IMG/VR virus record: IMGVR_UViG_3300030419_003351
Location: 1-52,864 of that record
DNA from: a virus
Lineage: Duplodnaviria > Caudoviricetes
Strand: one strand, 5' to 3'
DNA: 52,864 nt
Below the pieces are notes generated by a model, which did no database searches, was not told the DNA's origin, and saw only the letters and a list, made by a program, of their open reading frames with translations. A program made the translations under genes and the position numbers. This document shows positions 37,301-47,041 of the stretch, one piece after another (positions within the stretch are counted from its first letter, which is position 1; every line of letters starts with the position of its first letter).

Positions 37301-40300
37301 CTTCTGGTGTTGCATATTATGGTTCCAACGGTGTACTAACCCACGATTCAAATCTAAGATATAACTTTACTGGCGACATCTTGGAAGTTAATGGGGCAAC
37401 ACCCGAAATACAGCTATATGATAGCGAAGGCTCGGAGACCAGAATTTCATTAGGGACTACGGGTACAAACGCTGGAGACCCTTCTCTCGCTATTAAGATT
37501 ACCAACGACGGAAACGGCGAAAATATTGACGAGGCGGAAGTACATGTATATCCGGGAACCACAGCACAAAAAACCACTAGACTAGATGTTGCTACAAACG
37601 GTGGTGCGTCTAGTGCAACCAAAAAAATGGGTATAGAGACTAGAATTGATGCTGTTCAAGCCACCGGTGTTCTATATACAGCAATAGCTGATTTGAGTAC
37701 TGGCGATATCCCTATGTTAATTACGACAAAGGGAAAACATTCTGATCATCATGGAATTTTTATTGATAAGCCTGCTAATTATGGTCGTGTGGGCGTAGGA
37801 AACGATGCACCTAGTGCTCAACTTCATGTTACCAGCAGACAGTCAGCACAAGAGGGAATAATAGTACAAGGTGCCGTGTCCCAGTCTGCTAATTTACAAG
37901 AGTGGCAAGCTAACAATGGTATTACTGTTGCCCATGTTGCAGGGGACGGTAGTATAGCTACTAGCGGAAATGTGAGTGTTAGTGGTGATATAACTAGCAA
38001 TGGTAGAATTTTTCTTCCAGCAGGATCTGTTGGTTCCCCCAGTATTACTTTTACAGGAGGTGCAAGTAACCGAGTTGGGATTTATGAACCTGTTGCCGAT
38101 ACTACCATTGGGTTTGTCACTGGGGGTGGAACTAGGTTTGCGATCAGAACAAAGATAATGACCGCCACCTCAGCTGGTGGCTTCGCTTTTACCGATAGCA
38201 GTAGCAACCCTCATTCTTCTACAATAGATACTTACCTAAAACGTTATGCTGCTGGTCAAGTTGGAATATACGATGACAATGGAACAACACTTGGAGACTT
38301 AGTGGCTAGCGGCGTTTACGCAAGTGGCGTTACTCTTGCTAATCACGTCCCAGCTAGTACGACTAACGCCCTCTACAACGACGGAGGAACCCTTAAATTC
38401 AATGGCTCTGCTGTTGGTGGTGGTGGTGGTGGTGGAGACGTAACTACTGCACAGCTTAATTATGTTTCCGGTATTGCTGTTTATAGCTCTGGTGTAGTTA
38501 GCGATGTAGACGTTATTATTGGTCAGCAGTCAACCACTGCTGGAACAGGTATAGCGATAGGCTATGGAGCCGGTCTTGACTCCTCACTCGATAATACCAG
38601 TGTATCTAATGGATATCAAGCCTCTGATGTTCTTATTGGACATTTTGCTGGTTCTGGATATATTCATAAAACTCCGGGAGTAGCTTTTGCTAGTGCTCAA
38701 CTGAACACGATGATTGGCTACAAGGCTGGAGCCAGCTCTATTGATTATCTAACAGGTACCCAGTCGATTGGTTATAACGTGTTTGTGGGACATCAGGCTG
38801 GGCATAGTGCATCTGGTTATCAGAATACATTTATCGGAGAATCGGCAGGTTATCAAGGTAGTGGCATAAGAAATATCGGCTTAGGACATGATGCTCGTAA
38901 GCGTTCTTCCGGTGAAGACAACATTGCTATTGGAAGTAACGCTGGCTACGATCACTACGGTAATCATTCTATATATATAGGATACCTTGCAGGAGATGAA
39001 AGTGTTGGCAACAACAATATAGAGATAGTTACGGAAGGTTCTAGCCCTAGCAGCATAGGCAGCAATAGTAACAAGCTGAACATTGAGCACACTATTATCG
39101 GTGATACCTCCGCTAAAAAACTAGCTATCGGTAACGTTACTTCTAGCGATCTGACTCCAGATGCCACGCTTGAAATCAAGCCAAAGGTTGCAACTGATAT
39201 TGGTGCTATAGTTCAAGGTGCAGCCGCCCACTCAGCTAGCCTGCAAGAATGGCAGTCTTCCAGTGAAATTCCGGTAGCAACAATCTCTCCCGATGGAAGT
39301 ATTGCTAGCAGCGGCACAATATCGGCAAGTGGCGGTATTCTACTTGACAATATCGTGCCATCAGTAACCACAAATAAATTGTACAACGAAGGCGGAACTC
39401 TTAAGTTTAACGGTTCTGCCGTAGGTGGTGGTGGTGGTAGTGGAGATATTGAAGGTGTAACGGCTGGTAATGGTCTTAGTGGAGGAGGTACTTCCGGTAC
39501 TGTTACACTAAATGTAGAAGCAGCACAGACTGTAATCACGTCACTCTTTGCTACCGATATTAAAATCGGTGAAGATAACGAGACAAAGATTGACTTTGAA
39601 GACGCTGACACCATTAACTTTTATGCGGGAAATGAAAAACAATTAATACTTACTGACGGGGCTTTAACACCGGGGGCTGATAACATTTTAGACCTTGGTA
39701 GTAGTAGCGTGGAGTTTAAGGATGCGTACTTTGATGGTACTGTAACTTCCGATGCTTTTGCTGGGCCATTGACCGGCGACGTAACTGGTAATGCTGATAC
39801 CGCTACGGCATTAGCAACAGGAAGAACCATTGGTATGACCGGGGATGTCGTATGGACATCTGCCAGCTTTACTGGTGCGGGTAATGTAACTGGCACATCT
39901 ACTATACAGGCAGATGCTATTGAAACAGCTATGATAGAAGATGATGCTGTTACTTACGCCAAAATTCAAAACGTCACCGACGCCAGAATGTTGGGTAATA
40001 ATGCTGGGTCAGACGGTGTTGTTACAGAAATGACAAAAGCCAATGTTTTATCGTTCCTGAATGTTGCCGATGGTGCAGACGTAACCACTTTTACTCTAGC
40101 TGGAGACGGTGGCTCAAATCAAACAATTACGGCTGGAAACACATTAACGGTGGCCGGTGGAAATGGTATCACCACTACTGGAGCGGCTACTGATACTGTT
40201 AGTATAGCTGTGGACGCAGCACAAACCACAATAACATCTATCTTCGCAACCGATCTTAAAATTGGTGAAGACGACCAAACCAAAATAGATTTTGAAACCG

Positions 40301-41883
40301 AGAATGAAATACATTTTTATGCTGATAATGCAGAACAAGTGTATGTTGCTGATGGCGTGTTTGGCCCACAAACAGATAGCGATGTTGACTTGGGTACTTC
40401 TAGTGTACGCTTTAAGACTGCTTATTTTGATAACTTAGATTTGTCAACAATGAACCCCTCCGGTTTATCGTTTTTCGCTGGAGATGCGAATAGGGGTCAA
40501 TTAACTAGTCTTTCAGAACTTATTATAGAAAGTGGTCAAAATAGAATCTATCAGTTTCCCAAGGGCGGCAGTGCAGAACTAGTCAAGCTTGGCTGGAATG
40601 CTGCTGGTGATGAATATTTAATCAACACTGTGGCCAATGGCGGAACCGCTAGAAACGTCTCTTTCGCAGTTGGTGGAACCTCAGTGTTTACGTTGAACGC
40701 AGCTAACTCCAGAATGGTAATTGCTGGGGATATGTATCCTGACAATGACGCTGGCAGAGAACTGGGGTCTAGCACAAAAAGATGGGAAAACATATACACT
40801 GACCAGCTTAACGCTCACTGCCACACAGGGACTGATGTTTGTATTCAAGTAAAAGCTCATTCATCCCAATCTGCCAATGTTCAATCTTGGCGAACTAATG
40901 GTGGAACCGAGTTTGTGGGTATTGGTCCAGATGGCGGAGTGGTCTTACCAGATAATGCTCCTAACTCTACTACAAACAAGCTGTACAACGATGGAGGCAC
41001 GCTGAAGTTTAATGGCTCCGCAGTTGGGGGTGGGGGTGGTGTTTCGGGTGACACCTTTGCAACAGACTTAAAAATAGGTAGAGACTCTCAAAATCTAGTT
41101 GACTTTGCTACTACAGACAATAAGATTATATTAAGGGCGAACAACGTTAATCAAGTTAGCTTAATTGATAATGTGTTTGGGCCAGAAGCGGACAGCGATG
41201 TTGATCTAGGTACTACTAGTCTTCGCTGGAAAGACGCATATGTTGACTCAATTACAGTAACCGGAGAAATTGATGGTGATTCGCTAGATATAGAAGGTGA
41301 TGCCGACATCAACGGTACAACAAATCTAGATGCTGTAGACATTGACGGTAATGTTCAGTTAGATGGAACCCTTACTGTGGGCGTTGACGATACTGGACAA
41401 GATGTTAAATTCTTTGGTGCTAGAAGTGGCTCTTATGTAGAATGGGATGAAAGCGAAAACAGACTCCACTTAGTACAAGGAGCATATGTTAATCAGCCAG
41501 TTCCAGCTACCGGAACCACAACAGAAGACGCTACATTGCAGATAGACCTAAGCAAAGGTAATTACTTCAACATACTCTTAGGTCAGGATATCTCAGCTGT
41601 GCAGTTTGAAAATGCCACAATAGGGCAAAAGTTTATTATCCGATTTACCCAAGCTACTAGTGGTACTGGACACGGAATAAGTTGGTCAACAGTGAGAATA
41701 GATGGAAGTACTGACGCTGAGTTAAAATGGGCTGGAAATATTGCACCAACGATGACTGGAAACGACGGAACTTCCCATCAGGGGCATAAAGATGTATATG
41801 GATTTTTATGCACGGCTACCGGAGGTAGTGACAATGATACTAAATTTGATGGCTTCATCATAGGACAAGATATACCAAACTAA
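34381..41883 (+). CDS. giant repeat-rich tail fibre / adhesin (2,500 aa)
   Basis: G/S/T/A/N-rich, tandem 20-aa repeats, NIAIG-type repeats, repeated modules, in the structural operon. Confidence 0.75.
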   Translation: MAQDILITPGSGEPQILFRGSGVNDTPVELNTLSHFSEAHASGTSLMFKGNEGTLLTIADNVSSGTIFSVADISGLPVIEVDASGFARIGRHGNKTAFGSTSQDPEHTFDVFGSGNFRQGLIIPSQQPATTGNAVYNIDGTLYFNGAAIAAYDDTYVSGVATYASGQTIANEIDIVASSGIANYASGQAIANEIDIVAVSGIANYASGLAITNEANVAYASGQAIANEVDIVAVSGIANYASGQAIANETDIVAVSGIANYASGLAITNETDIVATSGIANYASGQAIANETDIVATSGIANYASGQAISNETDIVATSGIANYASGQAITNKSNIATNTSNISTNTSNISTNTTNIATNTSSINYVSGVATYASGLAITNEGNIASNVSNVSYVSGVATYASGQAIENEIVSVYASGQVDASNLQKVTDRGATTTNNITANNLIVSNGGKVGSASKTDAITIASDGSVTFVSGVVVDGNLVVNGAEVIIDVEKIEVEDNIILLNKNVTGTPSLNAGIEVERGSSPNTIIRWNEASDIWDFTEDGTTYHEIGKHDNIVLVSGIANYASGHVETNITNINYVSGIAAYASGQAIENQGVANYASGQAIANETDIVAVSGIANYASGQAIANETDIVAVSGIANYASGQAIANETDIVATSGIANYASGQAIENEGDILSLMAASGQAVYASGQAVENETDIVYVSGIAVYASGEAESKASVLNDLTDVSYGGTNLTDTLLINNRPGLTPQHGSLTADSTDNIGIGYHALSNIRDANDNIALGMQSQMFNSGGSNNISLGTMSLGKLTDGDKNVAIGYRSLDDATIGTANVSVGHDSLKDLTEGNYNIAIGHRAGWALTDDDSMLYIADDAPTYDGTLIKGDMANKYLAVGKADVTLSSDPATLQVYAKISTHKGTIVRGAASQSANLQEWQANNGIAVALVTADGSIASSGDISTSGSLIAGSHNISSIVTAGTASGVAYYGSNGVLTHDSNLRYNFTGDILEVNGATPEIQLYDSEGSETRISLGTTGTNAGDPSLAIKITNDGNGENIDEAEVHVYPGTTAQKTTRLDVATNGGASSATKKMGIETRIDAVQATGVLYTAIADLSTGDIPMLITTKGKHSDHHGIFIDKPANYGRVGVGNDAPSAQLHVTSRQSAQEGIIVQGAVSQSANLQEWQANNGITVAHVAGDGSIATSGNVSVSGDITSNGRIFLPAGSVGSPSITFTGGASNRVGIYEPVADTTIGFVTGGGTRFAIRTKIMTATSAGGFAFTDSSSNPHSSTIDTYLKRYAAGQVGIYDDNGTTLGDLVASGVYASGVTLANHVPASTTNALYNDGGTLKFNGSAVGGGGGGGDVTTAQLNYVSGIAVYSSGVVSDVDVIIGQQSTTAGTGIAIGYGAGLDSSLDNTSVSNGYQASDVLIGHFAGSGYIHKTPGVAFASAQLNTMIGYKAGASSIDYLTGTQSIGYNVFVGHQAGHSASGYQNTFIGESAGYQGSGIRNIGLGHDARKRSSGEDNIAIGSNAGYDHYGNHSIYIGYLAGDESVGNNNIEIVTEGSSPSSIGSNSNKLNIEHTIIGDTSAKKLAIGNVTSSDLTPDATLEIKPKVATDIGAIVQGAAAHSASLQEWQSSSEIPVATISPDGSIASSGTISASGGILLDNIVPSVTTNKLYNEGGTLKFNGSAVGGGGGSGDIEGVTAGNGLSGGGTSGTVTLNVEAAQTVITSLFATDIKIGEDNETKIDFEDADTINFYAGNEKQLILTDGALTPGADNILDLGSSSVEFKDAYFDGTVTSDAFAGPLTGDVTGNADTATALATGRTIGMTGDVVWTSASFTGAGNVTGTSTIQADAIETAMIEDDAVTYAKIQNVTDARMLGNNAGSDGVVTEMTKANVLSFLNVADGADVTTFTLAGDGGSNQTITAGNTLTVAGGNGITTTGAATDTVSIAVDAAQTTITSIFATDLKIGEDDQTKIDFETENEIHFYADNAEQVYVADGVFGPQTDSDVDLGTSSVRFKTAYFDNLDLSTMNPSGLSFFAGDANRGQLTSLSELIIESGQNRIYQFPKGGSAELVKLGWNAAGDEYLINTVANGGTARNVSFAVGGTSVFTLNAANSRMVIAGDMYPDNDAGRELGSSTKRWENIYTDQLNAHCHTGTDVCIQVKAHSSQSANVQSWRTNGGTEFVGIGPDGGVVLPDNAPNSTTNKLYNDGGTLKFNGSAVGGGGGVSGDTFATDLKIGRDSQNLVDFATTDNKIILRANNVNQVSLIDNVFGPEADSDVDLGTTSLRWKDAYVDSITVTGEIDGDSLDIEGDADINGTTNLDAVDIDGNVQLDGTLTVGVDDTGQDVKFFGARSGSYVEWDESENRLHLVQGAYVNQPVPATGTTTEDATLQIDLSKGNYFNILLGQDISAVQFENATIGQKFIIRFTQATSGTGHGISWSTVRIDGSTDAELKWAGNIAPTMTGNDGTSHQGHKDVYGFLCTATGGSDNDTKFDGFIIGQDIPN
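34843..36520 (+). repeat. coding tandem repeats SGIANYASGQAIANETDIVA(V/T), two blocks
   Basis: Blocks ~34843-35640 and ~36055-36520; ~60-bp period with strong synonymous divergence. Confidence 0.85.
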
Positions 41884-42305
41884 TGGCTAATTTAAGAAAT
41901 CACATTGTTGTAATAAGCTCGTTAAGCTGTGCCAATGACGGATCGGTTAGCGGTTCTGGTCCTAGCTATACAGTTACGTATGATACCGGTGAAGATGTTT
42001 CTGATGCTAAGATAGGACAATTTGTTTATATAGAAAAAAGAGAAGCCGGAGGAGGAACTGGTAGCTCTGTACTGTCTACATATGTTTACCTTATAACGGC
42101 AGTTGTTTCTGGCAGTGGGGGAGGTGGACCGGGGATGGGCGGGAATGATCAATTAACGATGAAATATATATATGACACAGCAGGGACTGGCGACGACTCT
42201 CCCGCCGACTTACCTAGCGGAGGTGGTAGTTCTGGCTCTCCAGAACGAGCCACCCATAAGGTCGTGGCGGTATTAGGATCGGCGTTTGAAATGTTTGCGG
42301 AGTAA
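41883..42305 (+). CDS. Gly/Ser-rich hypothetical structural protein
   Basis: Coupled to the fibre gene (TAATG). Confidence 0.6.
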   Translation: MANLRNHIVVISSLSCANDGSVSGSGPSYTVTYDTGEDVSDAKIGQFVYIEKREAGGGTGSSVLSTYVYLITAVVSGSGGGGPGMGGNDQLTMKYIYDTAGTGDDSPADLPSGGGSSGSPERATHKVVAVLGSAFEMFAE

Positions 42306-42308
42306 ATA

Positions 42309-43340
42309 ATGGAAGCTAAGGAATGCATATGCCCGCAAGCAGGATTTTGCGAGCTTTTTAGACAGGAAATGACATACGACCCACCCAACTGGCAATGGTG
42401 TCAAAATGCAACGCCAGAGGATAGAGAGTGGTATGTAAGACAATGCGAAAAGAAAAAAGACAGAAAAGAGCAGGAGAGGAGATTTTTTTTGGCCGGTGAA
42501 TACATAACTACCTCTAGAATGATAAAAGATTGTAAAGACCTACTCCTGCCACAAGTTGCGAATCTTAATTTAAAGGGTGTCCTCGGTATTCCCAGATCCG
42601 GTATGCTTCCAGCAAGCGTGTTAGCCATGTGGTTAAATCTTCCACTGTATGGTATAGATAGCTCAGGCAAAGTTGGTATACTTTCGGCTGCTACTGAATT
42701 TGGTGGCATAAGAATGAAAAGCTATACAAATAATAAGGATGCTTTATTGGTAGTAGATGACACCATCTACGCCGGAACAGCCATAGATGATATGAAAAAA
42801 AAGATAGACGGAGAAGCGTTTTATGCCGTTGTTTACGCAAAGCCGTCTGCTAGATATAAAGCTGATTTTTTTGGTAGACAGCTTCCACCCCCTCATTTAC
42901 TAGAGTGGAATCTTTTTAACTGTACGTACATAGAACATGCACTTTTAGATTTTGATGGAATTTTTTCCCCGAACGTTCCTTACGAAGCATGTCAGGATGA
43001 AAATAAATATATAGACTATATTAAAAATGTAAAACCCTTTTACCATAGAATACCAAAAACTTTTTGTAAAGGTATTGTAACCGCTAGACTTGAAAAATAC
43101 AGAGACATTACAGAAGAATGGCTAAAAAAACATGGAATAAATTATGGATTCTTAAAAATGTACCCAACAGAAGATGAACAAAAGAGGAACAATAATCACG
43201 TAGAAGAAGCTTCTACCTTTAAGGCTAATGCGTTTATTGATTCTAGTGCCAAGTTTTTTATTGAAAGCGAAATAGCTGAAGCTATTTTAATAAGACAAAA
43301 GAGTGGCAAGTTTGTCATCTGTCCACAGGAGGACGAATAA
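42309..43340 (+). CDS. phosphoribosyltransferase-HAD phosphatase fusion
   Basis: GIPRSG and LLVVDDTIYAG (PRPP loop), then LLDFDG and IVTAR (HAD). Confidence 0.75.
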   Translation: MEAKECICPQAGFCELFRQEMTYDPPNWQWCQNATPEDREWYVRQCEKKKDRKEQERRFFLAGEYITTSRMIKDCKDLLLPQVANLNLKGVLGIPRSGMLPASVLAMWLNLPLYGIDSSGKVGILSAATEFGGIRMKSYTNNKDALLVVDDTIYAGTAIDDMKKKIDGEAFYAVVYAKPSARYKADFFGRQLPPPHLLEWNLFNCTYIEHALLDFDGIFSPNVPYEACQDENKYIDYIKNVKPFYHRIPKTFCKGIVTARLEKYRDITEEWLKKHGINYGFLKMYPTEDEQKRNNNHVEEASTFKANAFIDSSAKFFIESEIAEAILIRQKSGKFVICPQEDE

Positions 43341-44315
43341 ATGAAAATAGAAATGTATATAAACGATACACTTCACGAAAGACCGCCTATGGGACACATA
43401 GAAGCCAATGTGAATGCGTGGGGTAAAATTTCCAAAAAACGAATGAAAAAGTATTGCGAAAACTATGATATTAAACTTTCTTACCATAATGAGGAAGATT
43501 CTTATCACGGAATCTTAGATAGTTTTTATTACAAGTTTTACCAAGACGAGCTTTTACGTTTTAGATCAAACGAGTGGTATCAGTCCCTTTCTGGATTTAC
43601 ATACTGGTGCTGTGCTACACTTAAGAAAATCGTTAGATGGTATCGCTTCGCTGAGAGCGACAACGATACAGCACTATTTGTTGATTTAGATATACTGCCC
43701 CTTAAATTTGTAGATATAAGAGATTACATTAAACCAGACCAATTAGGAATTTCCTACGCCCCAAAAAACGCTAGTAATCGCGTTTACGGCTGGTACGACG
43801 AAAACTGGTATGACAATCAATGGTTAATGGCTTCCGCAAAACACCTGTCTACCAAAAATAATAATATAATACAATCGTCTTCTATGGCGATAGTAAATAA
43901 AGAACATGCCATCAAGATGTTAAAGATTCTTGAAAAGGAAAAACTAAACCCGCTTACGGAAGCAGGGTATAAGAATATTATAGAGTTTTCTAGAAATTCG
44001 CCTCCGTCTGTAGCGGAGGTAGAAGATTATGTAGGTCTTCCATATGACGAACTACTCTTGAATATGGCTATGAATAGCGATGAGTTTACAAAACCACAAG
44101 CTAAGGCAGGGCATGTTGGAGTAGACACATCAGACAATCCATCTATATACAATCTAAATAAAGATCTTTTGTTTGACATATGTTTTCAGCAAGTATTTTC
44201 TCCTGACCACGCTGCGGAAATAGTGGATGTTCATGACATGCCCTTCTGTCATTTTGGCGGTGCTCCTGCTAAACAGTACATACAACATTTAGATGAGCTA
44301 TATCCATATGAATAA
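43341..44315 (+). CDS. putative GT-A glycosyltransferase
   Basis: KYCENYDI, LFVDLD (DxD), DE..LN, HFGG motifs. Confidence 0.55.
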   Translation: MKIEMYINDTLHERPPMGHIEANVNAWGKISKKRMKKYCENYDIKLSYHNEEDSYHGILDSFYYKFYQDELLRFRSNEWYQSLSGFTYWCCATLKKIVRWYRFAESDNDTALFVDLDILPLKFVDIRDYIKPDQLGISYAPKNASNRVYGWYDENWYDNQWLMASAKHLSTKNNNIIQSSSMAIVNKEHAIKMLKILEKEKLNPLTEAGYKNIIEFSRNSPPSVAEVEDYVGLPYDELLLNMAMNSDEFTKPQAKAGHVGVDTSDNPSIYNLNKDLLFDICFQQVFSPDHAAEIVDVHDMPFCHFGGAPAKQYIQHLDELYPYE

Positions 44316-44739
44316 AGTTTTATATACCGGTGGAACTTTTGACATTTTTCACTCTGGACATGTTAATTTCTTAAAAATGTGTTCTAGGCTTGCTGACGAA
44401 GTGGTAGTATGCTTGAACACAGACGAGTTTATAAATACCTTCAAAGGAGCAATGCCGGTTATTAGCTATGAGGATAGAAAAACCTGTCTAGAGTCGTGTA
44501 AATATGTGGATAGGGTAATTAAAAACACAGGCGATCAGGACAGCAAATCCTGCATTTTATCTATTAATCCAGATATACTGGCTATTGGAAGCGACTGGTG
44601 CTCAAAAAATTACTATCAACAGATGGGCTTCACTCAGGATTGGCTGGACGATAATAATATCGTTTTGGTCTATCTGCCGTACACGCAAGGTATTAGCTCC
44701 TCAAAAATCAAACAGGATATTTTTCAAAAAAGCACTTAA
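44308..44739 (+). CDS. cytidylyltransferase (TagD/glycerol-3-phosphate CT-like)
   Basis: GGTFDIFHSGH, GSDW, YTQGISSS. Confidence 0.85.
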   Translation: MNKVLYTGGTFDIFHSGHVNFLKMCSRLADEVVVCLNTDEFINTFKGAMPVISYEDRKTCLESCKYVDRVIKNTGDQDSKSCILSINPDILAIGSDWCSKNYYQQMGFTQDWLDDNNIVLVYLPYTQGISSSKIKQDIFQKST

Positions 44740-44790
44740 CTTGCGTATAGTTAATAGATATGTACGTTATTAGCAAATTAGGAAAAAAAT

Positions 44791-45120
44791 ATGGCATTTG
44801 TAGAACAAGCACACGTTAATGACATAGGTACCGTTTTTCGGGTTACTGTTTATGATACTACCTCTACAGGTGGATCTGAAGTTGCAGATATAAGCGGTGC
44901 AACTACAAAAACGATAATATTTGGAAGACCTGACGGCACTACGTTCACAAAAAGTGCAGTTTTTACAACTGATGGAACCGATGGAAAAATAGAGTATGCA
45001 TCGGTAGACGGGGATCTTGATAAAGCGGGGACTTGGTCTATTCAGGCGTATGTAGTTACTTCCGCTGGAAATTGGAATAGCTCAATAGGTAACTTTCGTG
45101 TGTTTGAAAATTTATTATAG
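44791..45120 (+). CDS. BppU N-terminal-like structural protein
   Basis: D.GT.F.VT, RPDGT, G.I.Y....GDLDKAG.W motifs. Confidence 0.55.
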   Translation: MAFVEQAHVNDIGTVFRVTVYDTTSTGGSEVADISGATTKTIIFGRPDGTTFTKSAVFTTDGTDGKIEYASVDGDLDKAGTWSIQAYVVTSAGNWNSSIGNFRVFENLL

Positions 45121-45130
45121 GTGATACATT

Positions 45131-45634
45131 ATGGCTTGGAACATAGATTTAGTATTAATGCTTAGATCCCTAATAGGGGATTTAGACAAATCAAAATACA
45201 CCAATGAAAGACTAAAGCAAATTCTATCTATTGGTGCATACAATGTAAATAATGAAGCCAGCTTCGTAAATACATACACAATAGATGTTGGTGAAGTTAC
45301 AATTAGCCCAGATCCGCTAGTCAACGATCCTGACTTTTGTACCCTGACAGTTTATAAGTCTGCCTGCATACTTTTAGGTAGCGAGGTTAAAACCGAGTCT
45401 GCTAATGCTATAGCTATTAAAGATGGGCCGTCTTCTATAGACTTGCGTGGTGTAAGCAGTAGCTTATCTTCTATGTATCAAGATCTATGTACCAAGTATG
45501 AAGAAATGATGACAAAATACAGATATGAAAAAGGAAGCGGAAGCGGCACTCCTACTGGTGCTGCCGTACTTAGCCCCTACAGTCCTGCGAGTTGGGGCGT
45601 TGGCTTTAACGATGGTGGACACAGAAACTTCTAA
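45131..45634 (+). CDS. head-tail adaptor (putative)
   Basis: LRSLIGD N-terminus, helical, neck position. Confidence 0.55.
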   Translation: MAWNIDLVLMLRSLIGDLDKSKYTNERLKQILSIGAYNVNNEASFVNTYTIDVGEVTISPDPLVNDPDFCTLTVYKSACILLGSEVKTESANAIAIKDGPSSIDLRGVSSSLSSMYQDLCTKYEEMMTKYRYEKGSGSGTPTGAAVLSPYSPASWGVGFNDGGHRNF

Positions 45635-45663
45635 TTAAATAAAATTTAACTGGAGAAAGTAAA

Positions 45664-45903
45664 ATGGCAGTCGTACAAAAAATAAAATCCGGAAATTCTC
45701 AACCCGCTGGTGGGCGTGCTATTACCAGTATCGCCGGTGCTAGAGGATTAGCCGCTACTGAATGGAATACTTCTAAGAACACTCAAGAACCTTGGCTTAG
45801 TACACCGGTTCCTTCTAGCATTATTGATCAGCCAATCGCTGATATAAATGGAAAACTGGACGCTAGATTCGACAGCCCAGATCCAAGTATCTGCTGTAGC
45901 TAG
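45664..45903 (+). CDS. hypothetical protein
   Basis: GGAG RBS, 79 aa. Confidence 0.55.
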   Translation: MAVVQKIKSGNSQPAGGRAITSIAGARGLAATEWNTSKNTQEPWLSTPVPSSIIDQPIADINGKLDARFDSPDPSICCS

Positions 45904-45912
45904 GAGCTTTAG

Positions 45913-46428
45913 ATGGCTATCAACATACCTAGTAGCGTTTTCACCACATACAACGAAGCTGTTCTTTTGTTTACGAGAACGGCTACGTTAGTTTATCCCG
46001 AGAAAAAAGAAGATTGCCCTAACTGTATCTTAGATACAATGGGTACTAGAACAAGGTCTATTAGTAGATATCAGCCCGGAGGCCCGTACCCTTTTGAGCG
46101 TGGAATGCCTTGTCCGTATTGTAATGGACAAGGGTATAAGGCAATAGAGACTACAGAGGATATAACCCTAAGAATATACTGGGATAGAAAGTTCTGGGTT
46201 GATATAGGTGCGTCCATAGACATTCCAGATGGTGGTATACAAACTATATCTTACATGACAGATCTAGATAAGATTAAAAAATGTAAGTATATGATACCAA
46301 AATACGATGGCATTGAAAACTATGATACTAGTGCTAAGTATGAAAAAGCAGGTTCTTCATATCCACAGGGCTTTAAGCAAAATGAAACAAAATATGTGGT
46401 TACCTTTTGGAAGAGAATGAATGGTTAA
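45913..46428 (+). CDS. head-closure protein (putative, CxxC pairs)
   Basis: CPNC...CPYC, neck position. Confidence 0.5.
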   Translation: MAINIPSSVFTTYNEAVLLFTRTATLVYPEKKEDCPNCILDTMGTRTRSISRYQPGGPYPFERGMPCPYCNGQGYKAIETTEDITLRIYWDRKFWVDIGASIDIPDGGIQTISYMTDLDKIKKCKYMIPKYDGIENYDTSAKYEKAGSSYPQGFKQNETKYVVTFWKRMNG

Positions 46429-47026
46429 GATAACACTAGTAGATAGCATTAGAGAAGTCCAAGAGAAGGTAACAAAAGCCTTAGCTAAGGATATGAATCA
46501 GAGACTAAACCGGGCCGCTAAGAATTTAGAACAAAGAATTAAGCCAATTTTAGAGGGTGCATTATACTCCAGCCCAGAAATAGGCTCGCTTTCCGGAGGA
46601 ACTCTAGCGGCTGAATTTGGTTTAGAGTCCGATCCTACCGGCAGCTTGGTGCGAGCTATTGTTGCGTCTATAGAAGTTAGGGTTAGTAAAGCCACCCCTA
46701 AAAGTCTCGGTGGATTCGAGTTGGTGATGCAGCCTACTAACTTTAACAATTTATTAGGATTAAGCGTAGCCGAACAGCCAGTAAGGGGAGGCTCGATACC
46801 TTGGCTAAGATGGTTACTAACCGCAGGGGATACGGTCATTATTAGAAATTTCGGTGTGGAGTATGGCCCATACGGTAGAACTGGAGAAGCTAGAATGGTG
46901 CCAGATTTTGCACCATATAAGGTGAATAGCATGTACTCAGGGACTGCGGAAAATAATTTTATAACTAGAGCAGCCAGTAGAGTTAGCAGTCAAATTGAAT
47001 ATGAAATGAAGAAGGCAATCCAATAA
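46421..47026 (+). CDS. tail-completion/neck protein (putative)
   Basis: PWLRWLL, GT..NNFITRA, position in the neck cluster. Confidence 0.5.
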   Translation: MVKITLVDSIREVQEKVTKALAKDMNQRLNRAAKNLEQRIKPILEGALYSSPEIGSLSGGTLAAEFGLESDPTGSLVRAIVASIEVRVSKATPKSLGGFELVMQPTNFNNLLGLSVAEQPVRGGSIPWLRWLLTAGDTVIIRNFGVEYGPYGRTGEARMVPDFAPYKVNSMYSGTAENNFITRAASRVSSQIEYEMKKAIQ

Positions 47027-47041
47027 CAAGGAATACTAAAT

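Noticed and set aside
34381-41883. Diversity-generating retroelement target in the fibre
   Set aside because: Repeat differences are synonymous at all bases rather than adenine-specific, and there is no reverse transcriptase in the window
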